DNA of 64,000 nucleotides from an uncultured Clostridia bacterium (GTDB lineage Bacteria; Bacillota; Clostridia; TANB77; CAG-508): NCBI GenBank assembly GCA_934148985.1, contig CAKPDO010000003.1, positions 2,928 to 66,927 of the forward strand, read 5' to 3'. Shown piece by piece: positions 28,294 to 36,366 of this stretch (position 1 is its first letter; each line of letters starts with the position of its first letter). The notes under the pieces were generated by a model. It saw only the letters and a program-made list of their open reading frames with translations, ran no database searches and was not told where the DNA came from. The position numbers and the translations under genes were made by a program.

Positions 28294-29763
28294 TTAGTAC
28301 CCAAGTTTTGTCTTAAAGAAGAACTCTGTTCTTCGGTTCTCCGCAGAAGCCAAGTTTTCCTTATCAATTGGATTGCTATCGCCTCTGCCAACAATAATAA
28401 TTCTTTCTGGGTCAATTCCTTTGCTAATGAAATACTCTGCTACAGAATTTGCTCTCTTTTCAGAAAAACTATTGATTTGCTCATCTGTAATTCCATCTGA
28501 CCTAAGACTGGCATTACCTTCTATCTGAATGTATACGCCATCCAAAATCTTAGCAATTTCGACAAAGTCGTCTAACTCGCTATAGGATTTCTCCTTAATA
28601 TTTACAGAATTCAATTCAAACTGAATATCTGCTTGGTAATTCAGCAGTGCAACAGGTGACTCAATCAGTAAACCCTTTTCGTCATCATTAAAACTCTTTA
28701 CACTCTCCCCATCATCTGGGTATTTTTCCAACAAAGTTTTAATATACTTATCTGTAAATGCGGATTCTGCCTTATCAGGATAAGCCGTTTCTCCAAGAGT
28801 AAGCCATACATCTGCCATATCTCTGTACATTGCAATAGCAGTATCAGTCAACAGGGTTTCATTCTGACTACAAGTTGCTAGGTCTGCTCCGTTCGCCATA
28901 TCAATAATTTCATCATCTTCCATAAGCTCAAACATTGGAAGCTGTTTTATATTGTTAAATTCTTTTTTATACATTGAAGATGCCTCTAATGCTCCATCGA
29001 TCAATTTAACAATAAATCCTTCATTGTCTTTAGCAAAATCTTCTCTAAAAACAATTCCATCCAATATCAAGTTTGAACTCATTGATGTATCAAACAGAAT
29101 TCTTGAATCGGTCGAAGATGCTGCTTGCGTAAGATATGGTTCCCATGTTGCTGCTGCATCAACTGATCCACCAAAAAAAGCTTTGGCTGTTTCGTCTGCA
29201 GTATCAAAATAAACCATATCGCTTCTTATTTCTTCCTTCTCTTCTTCTGTCAGGCTTGAATTATTAAGAAGCCATTCTACAAGCGTTTGTGCTTCAGAAA
29301 ACCTTGGAACCGCAACTTTTTTGCCTACTAGATCAGACACGTTTACAATATCAGATTTAGAAATAATACCATCACCACCATTAGAATAGTTGGTAATATA
29401 CGGCATTATTACAGACACATTAGCTTCATCGAATTTTTGCTGTAAGAACGCATATCGATTCACTGTGTATCCTGCACCATTGAGTTCCCCAGAAATCAAT
29501 GCAGCCGAACTAGTTGATGCATCATTCATTACAACATACTCAACATTAATTCCGTTCTTTGCATTAATGCTGTTTTCTGCTGTAACTAAACCTCCATTCG
29601 CATCTAACAGTGACTGCCACCCGATCCATTCATCGATCGAAATTTTCACCGATTTTTGGGTTACATTGCTAGTTTCTCTGTCCTTGCTTTCACAAGCAGT
29701 GAAGATTGTGCACATCATCATTATGAGTGCGATAGTTGTTGCCATTTTCCGTAAACTTTTCAT
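28294..29763 (-). CDS. lipoprotein: NMT1/SsuA-like substrate-binding domain fused to an OmpA/MotB-like domain
   Basis: Lipobox FTAC. 489 aa. The C-terminus ANSVAEYFISKGID..RIIIVGRGDSNPI....NRRTEFFF is OmpA_C-like. Confidence 0.65.
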   Translation of the reverse strand: MKSLRKMATTIALIMMMCTIFTACESKDRETSNVTQKSVKISIDEWIGWQSLLDANGGLVTAENSINAKNGINVEYVVMNDASTSSAALISGELNGAGYTVNRYAFLQQKFDEANVSVIMPYITNYSNGGDGIISKSDIVNVSDLVGKKVAVPRFSEAQTLVEWLLNNSSLTEEEKEEIRSDMVYFDTADETAKAFFGGSVDAAATWEPYLTQAASSTDSRILFDTSMSSNLILDGIVFREDFAKDNEGFIVKLIDGALEASSMYKKEFNNIKQLPMFELMEDDEIIDMANGADLATCSQNETLLTDTAIAMYRDMADVWLTLGETAYPDKAESAFTDKYIKTLLEKYPDDGESVKSFNDDEKGLLIESPVALLNYQADIQFELNSVNIKEKSYSELDDFVEIAKILDGVYIQIEGNASLRSDGITDEQINSFSEKRANSVAEYFISKGIDPERIIIVGRGDSNPIDKENLASAENRRTEFFFKTKLGY

Positions 29764-29989
29764 TCTGTTACCTCCGTTTTTTGTTTTTGTTTGGAAAACC
29801 TCTTTGACTACTAATTTTTTTAATTAAAAAAAATCCTCCTTTCGACTTTTGTTTAACACTTCATTAATTTTTTCATTTAGATTTAATTAATCTAAATTTC
29901 TATGAAATTAACATAATTATTTTACTTTATTTTTTTATAATTGTCAATAAAAATTAAAAAAAAGCTTAATTTTTGCATAAAGCTACCAT

Positions 29990-30304
29990 TTATATTTTTT
30001 TATATCTCCTACAATCCACTTTCCCAGATAAATATGTGGATAACTTTTCTCCAGATATTAAATTTTCCTTTTGCGCTTTGGTAAGTCTTTTTATTTGGTA
30101 TTCCAATTTACATGCCAATGATTTATCTTTACTTTTCCAAGCTATTTCAAGTTTAATAGCATTATGTGATTTAGTATATTTTGCTCCTTTTTTTGATATA
30201 TGTTCATTTATTCTTTTTTCTAAATCGTTTGTCATGCCTGTATATATTGAATTGTCTTTACATCTTATCATATATGTATAATACATATTAATCTTTTCTT
30301 TCAT
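29990..30304 (-). CDS. GIY-YIG nuclease-family protein (UPF0213-like)
   Basis: 104 aa. YYTYMIRCKDNSIYTGMTNDLEKRINEH is the GIY-YIG signature. Confidence 0.85.
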   Translation of the reverse strand: MKEKINMYYTYMIRCKDNSIYTGMTNDLEKRINEHISKKGAKYTKSHNAIKLEIAWKSKDKSLACKLEYQIKRLTKAQKENLISGEKLSTYLSGKVDCRRYKKI

Positions 30305-30431
30305 ATATCTTCTTTAATAATGACTCCTCCAATGTTTTTGAAAAAATTATTTTTAGTTCTTCTGCCATTTCCATTGCCCTTTGCAATGTATCTCCTTTAT
30401 GATTAGGCACTGGGATACTTCTTTATTTTAA

Positions 30432-30472
30432 TAAAAAAAATGATATAGATCTCTTTAGAATTTCTATATCAT
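30432..30472 (-). terminator. rho-independent terminator after the tRNA-Ser pair
   Basis: The 9-bp stem ATGATATAG / CTATATCAT (30440-30448 / 30464-30472) is followed on the minus strand by T8. Confidence 0.65.
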
Positions 30473-30477
30473 ACTTC

Positions 30478-30567
30478 TGGCGGAGTAGAGAGGGTTCGAA
30501 CCTCCGCGCCAGTTTCCCGACCTAATTGTTTAGCAAACAATCCCCTTCACCACTTGGGTACTACTCC
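30478..30567 (-). tRNA. tRNA-Ser (anticodon GCU)
   Basis: The reverse complement folds as a class II tRNA. It has a 7-bp acceptor stem, anticodon loop TTGCTAA, a long variable arm, GGTTCGAACC in the T arm and an encoded CCA. Confidence 0.85.
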
Positions 30568-30634
30568 AAATTGTATATATTAAGTTATAAAAAAATCGTA
30601 GAATATTGTTTATGACAATTTTTCTACGTTGTTT

Positions 30635-30699
<65 letters not shown>

Positions 30700-30726
<27 letters not shown>

Positions 30727-30807
30727 AACTGTTTTTGACTTTCGTCAAGAACAGTTTATATACTAACATATTTGGCTATTGTTTGTCAATAGTTTTTTGT
30801 TAATTTT
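30700..30807. repeat. left 108-bp direct repeat (att-like): 5' 27 nt of tRNA-Ser(UGA) plus 81 bp upstream
   Basis: Identical to 35284-35391 except for one mismatch (30743 C versus T). Confidence 0.9.
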
Positions 30808-30834
30808 TTTAATTTGTCAACCAAATGTCAACGG

Positions 30835-31977
30835 CTATTTTATACTAATTAATTTATCAAACATATTGGCAACTTCTCTGTCTGTTTCTTCATATAAGTG
30901 TGAATACAGGCCCATTGTTATGCCTATATTACTATGCCCTAACCTAGCTGATATTTCTTTAGGTTGTACACCCATTTTTACAAGCAATGACGCATGTGAA
31001 TGTCTTAAATCGTGAAATCTTACAACTGGTAAATTATTCTTTTCTAAAAATTCATTAAATTTGGCGCTAAATCTCTTTGGATTAAACAAATGACCATCTT
31101 CATAACAACAAACCATATTATTATCACAATAGCTTGCTCCTAAACTAATTTTTTTCTTCATTTGATTAATTTTGTGTTTTTTCAATATTTTTACTAAACT
31201 CATCGAAATTGCAATTGTTCTTATCCCACTACTAGTTTTGGGTTGTTTAATTACTAGTCCATTTTGTGTAGTACATAAATTATCAACAATTTTTATCATT
31301 CCCTTTTCTAGGTCTACATTTTTCCAGCTTAAACCCAATATTTCTCCTCTCCTCGCACCTGTGAATACAGCTAACATAACTGGTATATAAATATCTGTAT
31401 TTTGTGCTTTCTTTATTAATTCCTCTGTTTGTTTATCATTTAAAAACCTTGCTTGGTATTTTTTGGCCTTTGGCGGTTCTACTGCATCAGCTACATTTCT
31501 TGCAATCAATTGCCATTTTACTGCTTGTTCTAATGCACTATGTATTATTCTATGTAATGCAAGCACTGTTCTTTCGGACAAACCGCCTTGACCGTCTAAT
31601 TTACCATTTCTTATTTTTTCACAATAAAAATTTTGTAAATGTAAAGGTTTTAAATTTTCAAGAACTATATTTCCTAAATATGGTTTAATATGTTTATCTA
31701 TTTTTTGAATATATCCCTCTTTCGTTGTAATTTCTAGGTTATCGAATGTTTTTTCTTTCCAAAAGTCTAAATATTCTCCAAACTTCATTTTAGTTGTATC
31801 AATTAATAGTCCTGTATCTAATTCTCTTAACTTTTCAGTCAAAAACTTTTCAGCATCTTTTTTGTTACCTCTAACAGTAAAAAATTTTTGTTTTCTTTTA
31901 TTTGAAACCACATCTTTTGGTAATTCAATTGTTACTGTCCAACTATTTTTTGCACGTTGTCTTATATTTCCCCTCAT
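30835..31977 (-). CDS. int: tyrosine recombinase / phage-type integrase
   Basis: 380 aa. Contains ARRGEILGL, then HDLRHSHASLL ... LGHSNIGITMGLYSH (R..HxxR..Y catalytic pattern). Confidence 0.9.
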   Translation of the reverse strand: MRGNIRQRAKNSWTVTIELPKDVVSNKRKQKFFTVRGNKKDAEKFLTEKLRELDTGLLIDTTKMKFGEYLDFWKEKTFDNLEITTKEGYIQKIDKHIKPYLGNIVLENLKPLHLQNFYCEKIRNGKLDGQGGLSERTVLALHRIIHSALEQAVKWQLIARNVADAVEPPKAKKYQARFLNDKQTEELIKKAQNTDIYIPVMLAVFTGARRGEILGLSWKNVDLEKGMIKIVDNLCTTQNGLVIKQPKTSSGIRTIAISMSLVKILKKHKINQMKKKISLGASYCDNNMVCCYEDGHLFNPKRFSAKFNEFLEKNNLPVVRFHDLRHSHASLLVKMGVQPKEISARLGHSNIGITMGLYSHLYEETDREVANMFDKLISIK

Positions 31978-32014
31978 TTATACCTCTTTCCGTTTTAAGT
32001 TTATTCCCAAACAA

Positions 32015-32206
32015 TTATAATACATTTTTGTTTTTATTTAGCCAATTTTCAAGCTCTATTTTACTTATTCTTATACATTTTCCTATTTTTATAATAGGCA
32101 ATGTTGCGTCCTTTACTAACTTGTACGCATTTGAACGACTTATTTTAAGTAGTTCAGCCATTTCAAGAACGGTTATTAAACCATTTTCTTTATTCATTAT
32201 TTGCAC
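32015..32206 (-). CDS. excisionase-family / AlpA-like helix-turn-helix protein
   Basis: 63 aa. ITVLEMAELLKISRSNAYKLVKDATLPIIKIGKCIRISKIELENWL matches the excisionase HTH pattern. Lies directly upstream of int. Confidence 0.7.
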   Translation of the reverse strand: MQIMNKENGLITVLEMAELLKISRSNAYKLVKDATLPIIKIGKCIRISKIELENWLNKNKNVL

Positions 32207-33294
32207 CCTCTTTCATTGATTTTATACATTTTCTTTTTAATTTCTTCTTCAAAACTTTTGTTATGTTTTTCAAGATATATTTTTGAATTTTCATACAGGT
32301 TTTCAAAAGCACCTTTAATATTCGTTATATCTTTCCTGGCTGCATATGATGTTATATTTCCAACGATATTCGGTACTAATACTTCAGCATCCATTTCAAT
32401 TTGCTTTTCTCGTTTTATTAACCCATTTGAATTAAATTCATCAAATGCACATTGTAATTCTATCCATTGTTCATTTATTGGACATCGTTCACTCCTTTTA
32501 TTTGTCCTATCTATTTTTAATAGCCATTCACAAGTGCAATATTTCCATATATCTTTTAAACTTTTTTTCAAATCCTCAACCGACTTTATCTTAAATTCTC
32601 TTAAAAATTCACTTTTTAATTCAAATTCAAGGTTCCAAACATTGCTAATATCTAAATTGTTTCGCTTCCAAATTTCAATAAACCAATTTTTTCTTTTTGT
32701 TTCTGTAACTTCTAAAGTTTTATTATATATTCTACAATATATGTTTTTTCCTTTTCTTGAACCAAATGTAATCGAATTTACTTTTTTGTGTGTATAATTC
32801 AAAATATTAACACTATCCTTTTTGAATTTTCCTTTATATGATACTTCATAATTTTCTATAAAATTTATACCTGATGTATGTGTGCATAAGTCAACTCTTG
32901 ATATTTTATTTTCTTCTATAATTCCAAAAGTTTCTTCAATCCATTTTTTTATTTCTTCCCACGATTTTTCCAAACCCTTAGACCACAAATATTCTGCACT
33001 TATTCTAACTTGTATTGGCATAAAATTTTTTATTTTAGATTGATACTGTGCAATCTTGACTTCATAACCAGAATTGTGTAAAATATAGGCATAACCTTTT
33101 GTACCATTAGAAAGCAATTCGAATGTCATATCACTAATGGTAACCAAATGTTTAGAATTGGCATTGCTTTTTATTTCTAGCTTTGCCTTTTCTTTTTCAT
33201 TCTCTAAAAATTTTAAAATATTCATACTTTTTATCTCATAATTGTTTATATTAATCAAAATATATATTGTATCTATATTTGACACACTTTTCAT
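32197..33294 (-). CDS. rolling-circle replication initiator-like protein (Rep_trans-like), candidate replicase/relaxase
   Basis: 365 aa. ISRVDLCTHT and TFGSRKGKNIYCRIYNKTLE resemble Rep_trans motifs (RxDxA/C.D and GSR...xxYDK). Assigned from memory only. Confidence 0.5.
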   Translation of the reverse strand: MKSVSNIDTIYILININNYEIKSMNILKFLENEKEKAKLEIKSNANSKHLVTISDMTFELLSNGTKGYAYILHNSGYEVKIAQYQSKIKNFMPIQVRISAEYLWSKGLEKSWEEIKKWIEETFGIIEENKISRVDLCTHTSGINFIENYEVSYKGKFKKDSVNILNYTHKKVNSITFGSRKGKNIYCRIYNKTLEVTETKRKNWFIEIWKRNNLDISNVWNLEFELKSEFLREFKIKSVEDLKKSLKDIWKYCTCEWLLKIDRTNKRSERCPINEQWIELQCAFDEFNSNGLIKREKQIEMDAEVLVPNIVGNITSYAARKDITNIKGAFENLYENSKIYLEKHNKSFEEEIKKKMYKINERGCK

Positions 33295-33713
33295 TTTTAC
33301 ACCTCCTTTCCTTTATAAAATAGTGGTGTTGTGGGGGCTACTAATAGTATAGATAGCCCTTACCGTATTATTTTTCTTTCCCCCTTTACAATGAGCCTCT
33401 GTGCTTGTGTTTATATCAAGCCAGGCCAAGCATAATGTGATTAGTGCATTAAAACAAATCCTCTACATTTCAAATATCTGCCTTTTTTTATTAACTACAA
33501 TATGCTTGACCGCAAGAAAGCGTAACACAAGCACCCTCATTGTAAAGGGCCGAAAAATAATACTATTTTGTATTTTTTACTCACCACTTGATATATTTAT
33601 ACAACCTTTTAAACATTCTGTCAATAGATTTTTGGAAAAAATTGAATTTTTTTTCAATAGTTGTATTTACTTTTCGTTTTATTTGATATATACTTGTCCA
33701 AGGGGTGATTAAA

Positions 33714-34457
33714 ATGCCTTATAGCAATGTATTGAAAAAAACAATTGAAAATAGTAACTTATCGTATAAAGACATAAAGGACAAGCTAGAACAAAAAGGA
33801 ATATCTATTGATAAATCTTATTTGAGTAAATTAGTAAATGGAAAGCTTCCACCTCCAAGAGAAGAAATCTCTAGGGCAATTTCTCAAATTTGCAATGTAG
33901 ATGAAAGATTTTTGGTTTTAGAAGCTTATTACGATAAAAGTCCACAAGAAATAAAAGATATTCTTTCTTATCTGCAAAAAATTATCACAATGACTGAGAT
34001 AAAAATAATAACCGAAAATGCCAACATTGACACCAAACAACTTGATTTAATCTGTGAAAAAGAAAATCAAAAAGGTATAGGAATATTTTTATCTGGAATA
34101 TTAGATTTGGTTAAAGATGATAACTACCAAGTTTTAGACGGTAAATTATCAATAAATTCTAAAAAAGACAACATAAAGTTTCAGTTAGAGGAACCCATTT
34201 TTTTCCCTATAACCAATAATGACATGTATCCAGTTGTACCTGATGGTTGCCAAGTAAATATTAATATACAAGAAAAATACCAAAATGGTGACATTGTGGC
34301 TTTAAAATATAATAATACTATTATAGCAAGGTACTATTTTGAATTAGACAAAAAAATAACATATACCGCTATTAATAAAGCCGCAATAACTTTTGACAAT
34401 TCTAATGAAGACGTTAAATTATTAGGCAAAATAACAAAAGTAATATATGATGTCTAG
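33714..34457 (+). CDS. cI/LexA-like repressor (N-terminal HTH, C-terminal S24 peptidase-like domain)
   Basis: The N-terminal LSYKDIKDKLEQKGISIDKSYLSKLVNGK is HTH-like. The C-terminal NDMYPVVPDGCQVNI..GDIVAL fits the S24 fold. ATG lies 8 nt after AGGGG; the track's GTG at 33705 is less likely. Confidence 0.6.
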   Translation: MPYSNVLKKTIENSNLSYKDIKDKLEQKGISIDKSYLSKLVNGKLPPPREEISRAISQICNVDERFLVLEAYYDKSPQEIKDILSYLQKIITMTEIKIITENANIDTKQLDLICEKENQKGIGIFLSGILDLVKDDNYQVLDGKLSINSKKDNIKFQLEEPIFFPITNNDMYPVVPDGCQVNINIQEKYQNGDIVALKYNNTIIARYYFELDKKITYTAINKAAITFDNSNEDVKLLGKITKVIYDV

Positions 34458-34470
34458 TTGAAATCTAACA

Positions 34471-34512
34471 AAAATACCAGTTCAACATAAAAATGTTGAA
34501 CTGGTATTTTTT
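34471..34512. terminator. bidirectional terminator between convergent regulator genes
   Basis: Perfect 18-bp stem (34471-34488 / 34493-34510), 4-nt loop, and T and A tracts on either side. Confidence 0.75.
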
Positions 34513-34516
34513 GTTA

Positions 34517-34765
34517 TTATTTTTCATACTCTAAAACATCACTAACATTACATTCAAGCACATAACAAATTCTAGCCAATACATCTAAATCTACTCTACT
34601 GATGTCATTATTATAATATCTATTTATCACATTATAAGTTGCTCCTGTTAAAACAGACAATTTATTCCTTGTTATGTTCTTCTTATCCATTATTGTTTTT
34701 ATATCAATTTTTATTTTACCGTAATTTCTTAATACAAATATTCCATTTTCCATATTTTTTCCCAC
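34517..34765 (-). CDS. XRE/Cro-type helix-turn-helix regulator
   Basis: 82 aa. KKNITRNKLSVLTGATYNVINRYYNN...LDVLARICYVLECNVSDVLEYE is a classic HTH_3/26 pattern. Confidence 0.8.
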   Translation of the reverse strand: MGKNMENGIFVLRNYGKIKIDIKTIMDKKNITRNKLSVLTGATYNVINRYYNNDISRVDLDVLARICYVLECNVSDVLEYEK

Positions 34766-34862
34766 CTTTAACAGGAATATTGTATCAAAAAATTATGGTA
34801 TTGACATTTATCCTCTTATACATTATCCTATATAGGATAAATTTATATAGGAGGTGTTTATT

Positions 34863-35129
34863 TTGAATAATCTAAATATAGAATTTGATGAAATGGTAAA
34901 TGAAAAAGTTGCAAAATTATTAGATAAAAACCAATTCTATAAAAAAGAAGCTGCTTTGCTTGATAAATTACAAGATGATATATACAAAAATAGTTCTAAT
35001 GAGGAATGTCAAAATCTAGATAATTTATTAAGTATTATGTATAGTATGAAATCAAAAGAATTTTGTACAGCTTATCAACTTGGATTTTATGAAGGCATTA
35101 TCTTCAAAGAAAAGATGGAAAATAACTAA
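34863..35129 (+). CDS. small hypothetical protein of the element
   Basis: ORF with TTG at 34863, 8 nt after AGGAGG; the track uses GTG at 34854. No recognisable motif. Confidence 0.4.
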   Translation: MNNLNIEFDEMVNEKVAKLLDKNQFYKKEAALLDKLQDDIYKNSSNEECQNLDNLLSIMYSMKSKEFCTAYQLGFYEGIIFKEKMENN

Positions 35130-35164
35130 TGCAAATTGTCAACCAATTGTCAACCAAATACAAA

Positions 35165-35200
35165 AATACCACTAAATATTTAATAATATTTAGTGGTATT
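35165..35200. terminator. perfect 16-bp hairpin inside the right end of the element
   Basis: AATACCACTAAATATT / AATATTTAGTGGTATT with a 4-nt loop. The T run lies on the minus-strand side, so it would stop leftward transcription from the duplicated tRNA promoter copy. Confidence 0.5.
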
Positions 35201-35283
35201 AAATAAACTAAAAACCTTTATATTCTCTTATTTATTTGCACTTATTAATATTTAAAAACATTATTTGGATTTTGATGGAAGAA

Positions 35284-35391
35284 GCCATAAACCAACTCGA
35301 CCACCTCTCCAACTGTTTTTGACTTTTGTCAAGAACAGTTTATATACTAACATATTTGGCTATTGTTTGTCAATAGTTTTTTGTTAATTTT
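35284..35391. repeat. right 108-bp direct repeat (att-like) with a truncated tRNA-Ser 5' fragment
   Basis: Matches 30700-30807. Only the first 27 nt of the tRNA are present, so this is a tRNA pseudo-fragment. Confidence 0.9.
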
Positions 35392-35440
35392 CAGAATAAA
35401 AACATGATTTTAAAATAATAATTGGACAATCCGTTGTATA

Positions 35441-35995
35441 TCAAGAGATTGCTCGATTATTTTTTATTGTTTTTTCGAGCGTTTTCTTCATTAATTTGAA
35501 TAACTCTTCTGGCGCATTTAGACTTATTTGAAATCTAATTTTCTTTAAAATACACTTATAAGCTTCTTTTACTTGATTTAGTATATTCAGAGCAAATTTT
35601 TTTACTATTTGTAAATTGAATAATGCTTTTTTATTTACTGTTGTATTATCATCTGCTTTGAATGTAAAATCTAATTACCAATGTAACTTATTTTCTACAT
35701 TCCAATAATTTCTTATTGCCTTTGAAAAATTATATATATCTAATAATAAACTTGAAATATAATACCTCTTTTCTATTACTTTTTCTCCTTTTTTATTTTC
35801 CATTGTTTTTACTACTAATCCTATGCTTTTTAAACCCTTCCACGATTTTGCATCTTCATACCATTTTGCATCTCACGTACATATTACATTTTTTATATTT
35901 AGTCTTTTTATTACATCTGGTATCGCTGTTATTTCATTTGTTTTTCTTCCACTTCCTTTATCTACTTTTCCCTGTTTTTTAGTTATTATTTTTTC
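35441..35995 (-). pseudogene. ISAs1-family transposase remnant
   Basis: Minus-strand translation gives KTNEITAIPDVIKRLNIKNVICT*DA...WKGLKSIGLVVKT...[49 protein letters not shown] and HW-IEN-LHW-LD are ISAs1 hallmarks. Two in-frame stops, an internal deletion and no 5' part. Confidence 0.7.
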
Positions 35996-35997
35996 TT

Positions 35998-36363
35998 TTA
36001 TTTCTCTACTTCTCTATATTCAACATCAATTACATTGTTGTCATCTATATCGGAGTTTCTCTTGAAAAGTAATTCAAAATACAGACTTTTTATTGTATAC
36101 TTTAAAGACAGCCTTTCTAAAAATATACATGCACTCCAAATTATTACACTAACAAGTTCACTGATTATTTGCTCCTTTAAAAATATAGCTATAATCATCC
36201 GCACGATATGTAATACAACCAAAATTGATGCTATTTTTATTTCTGTTTTAATTACTTTTATCCTTCTTATTTTATTCTTTGAAAATATAAAAAAACTTAA
36301 AATTACATAAAATAGTACCATAACCATTATTACAGAAACAAGAATGTTGCAAATACTAGACAT
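35998..36363 (-). CDS. small membrane protein (3-4 TM helices), unknown function
   Basis: 121-aa ORF starting 4 nt after the 765-aa ORF stop. Confidence 0.45.
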   Translation of the reverse strand: MSSICNILVSVIMVMVLFYVILSFFIFSKNKIRRIKVIKTEIKIASILVVLHIVRMIIAIFLKEQIISELVSVIIWSACIFLERLSLKYTIKSLYFELLFKRNSDIDDNNVIDVEYREVEK

Positions 36364-36366
36364 AAA

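Noticed and set aside
33401-33712. 103-aa plus-strand ORF in the element's regulatory spacer.
   Set aside because: It starts at a non-ATG codon without an RBS, and it runs through the long inverted repeat and the repressor gene's RBS. Its composition is not protein-like.
35716-36065. Plus-strand ORFs of 88 and 80 aa rich in L, F and H.
   Set aside because: They are antisense shadows of the ISAs1 transposase remnant and of the 121-aa membrane protein gene.
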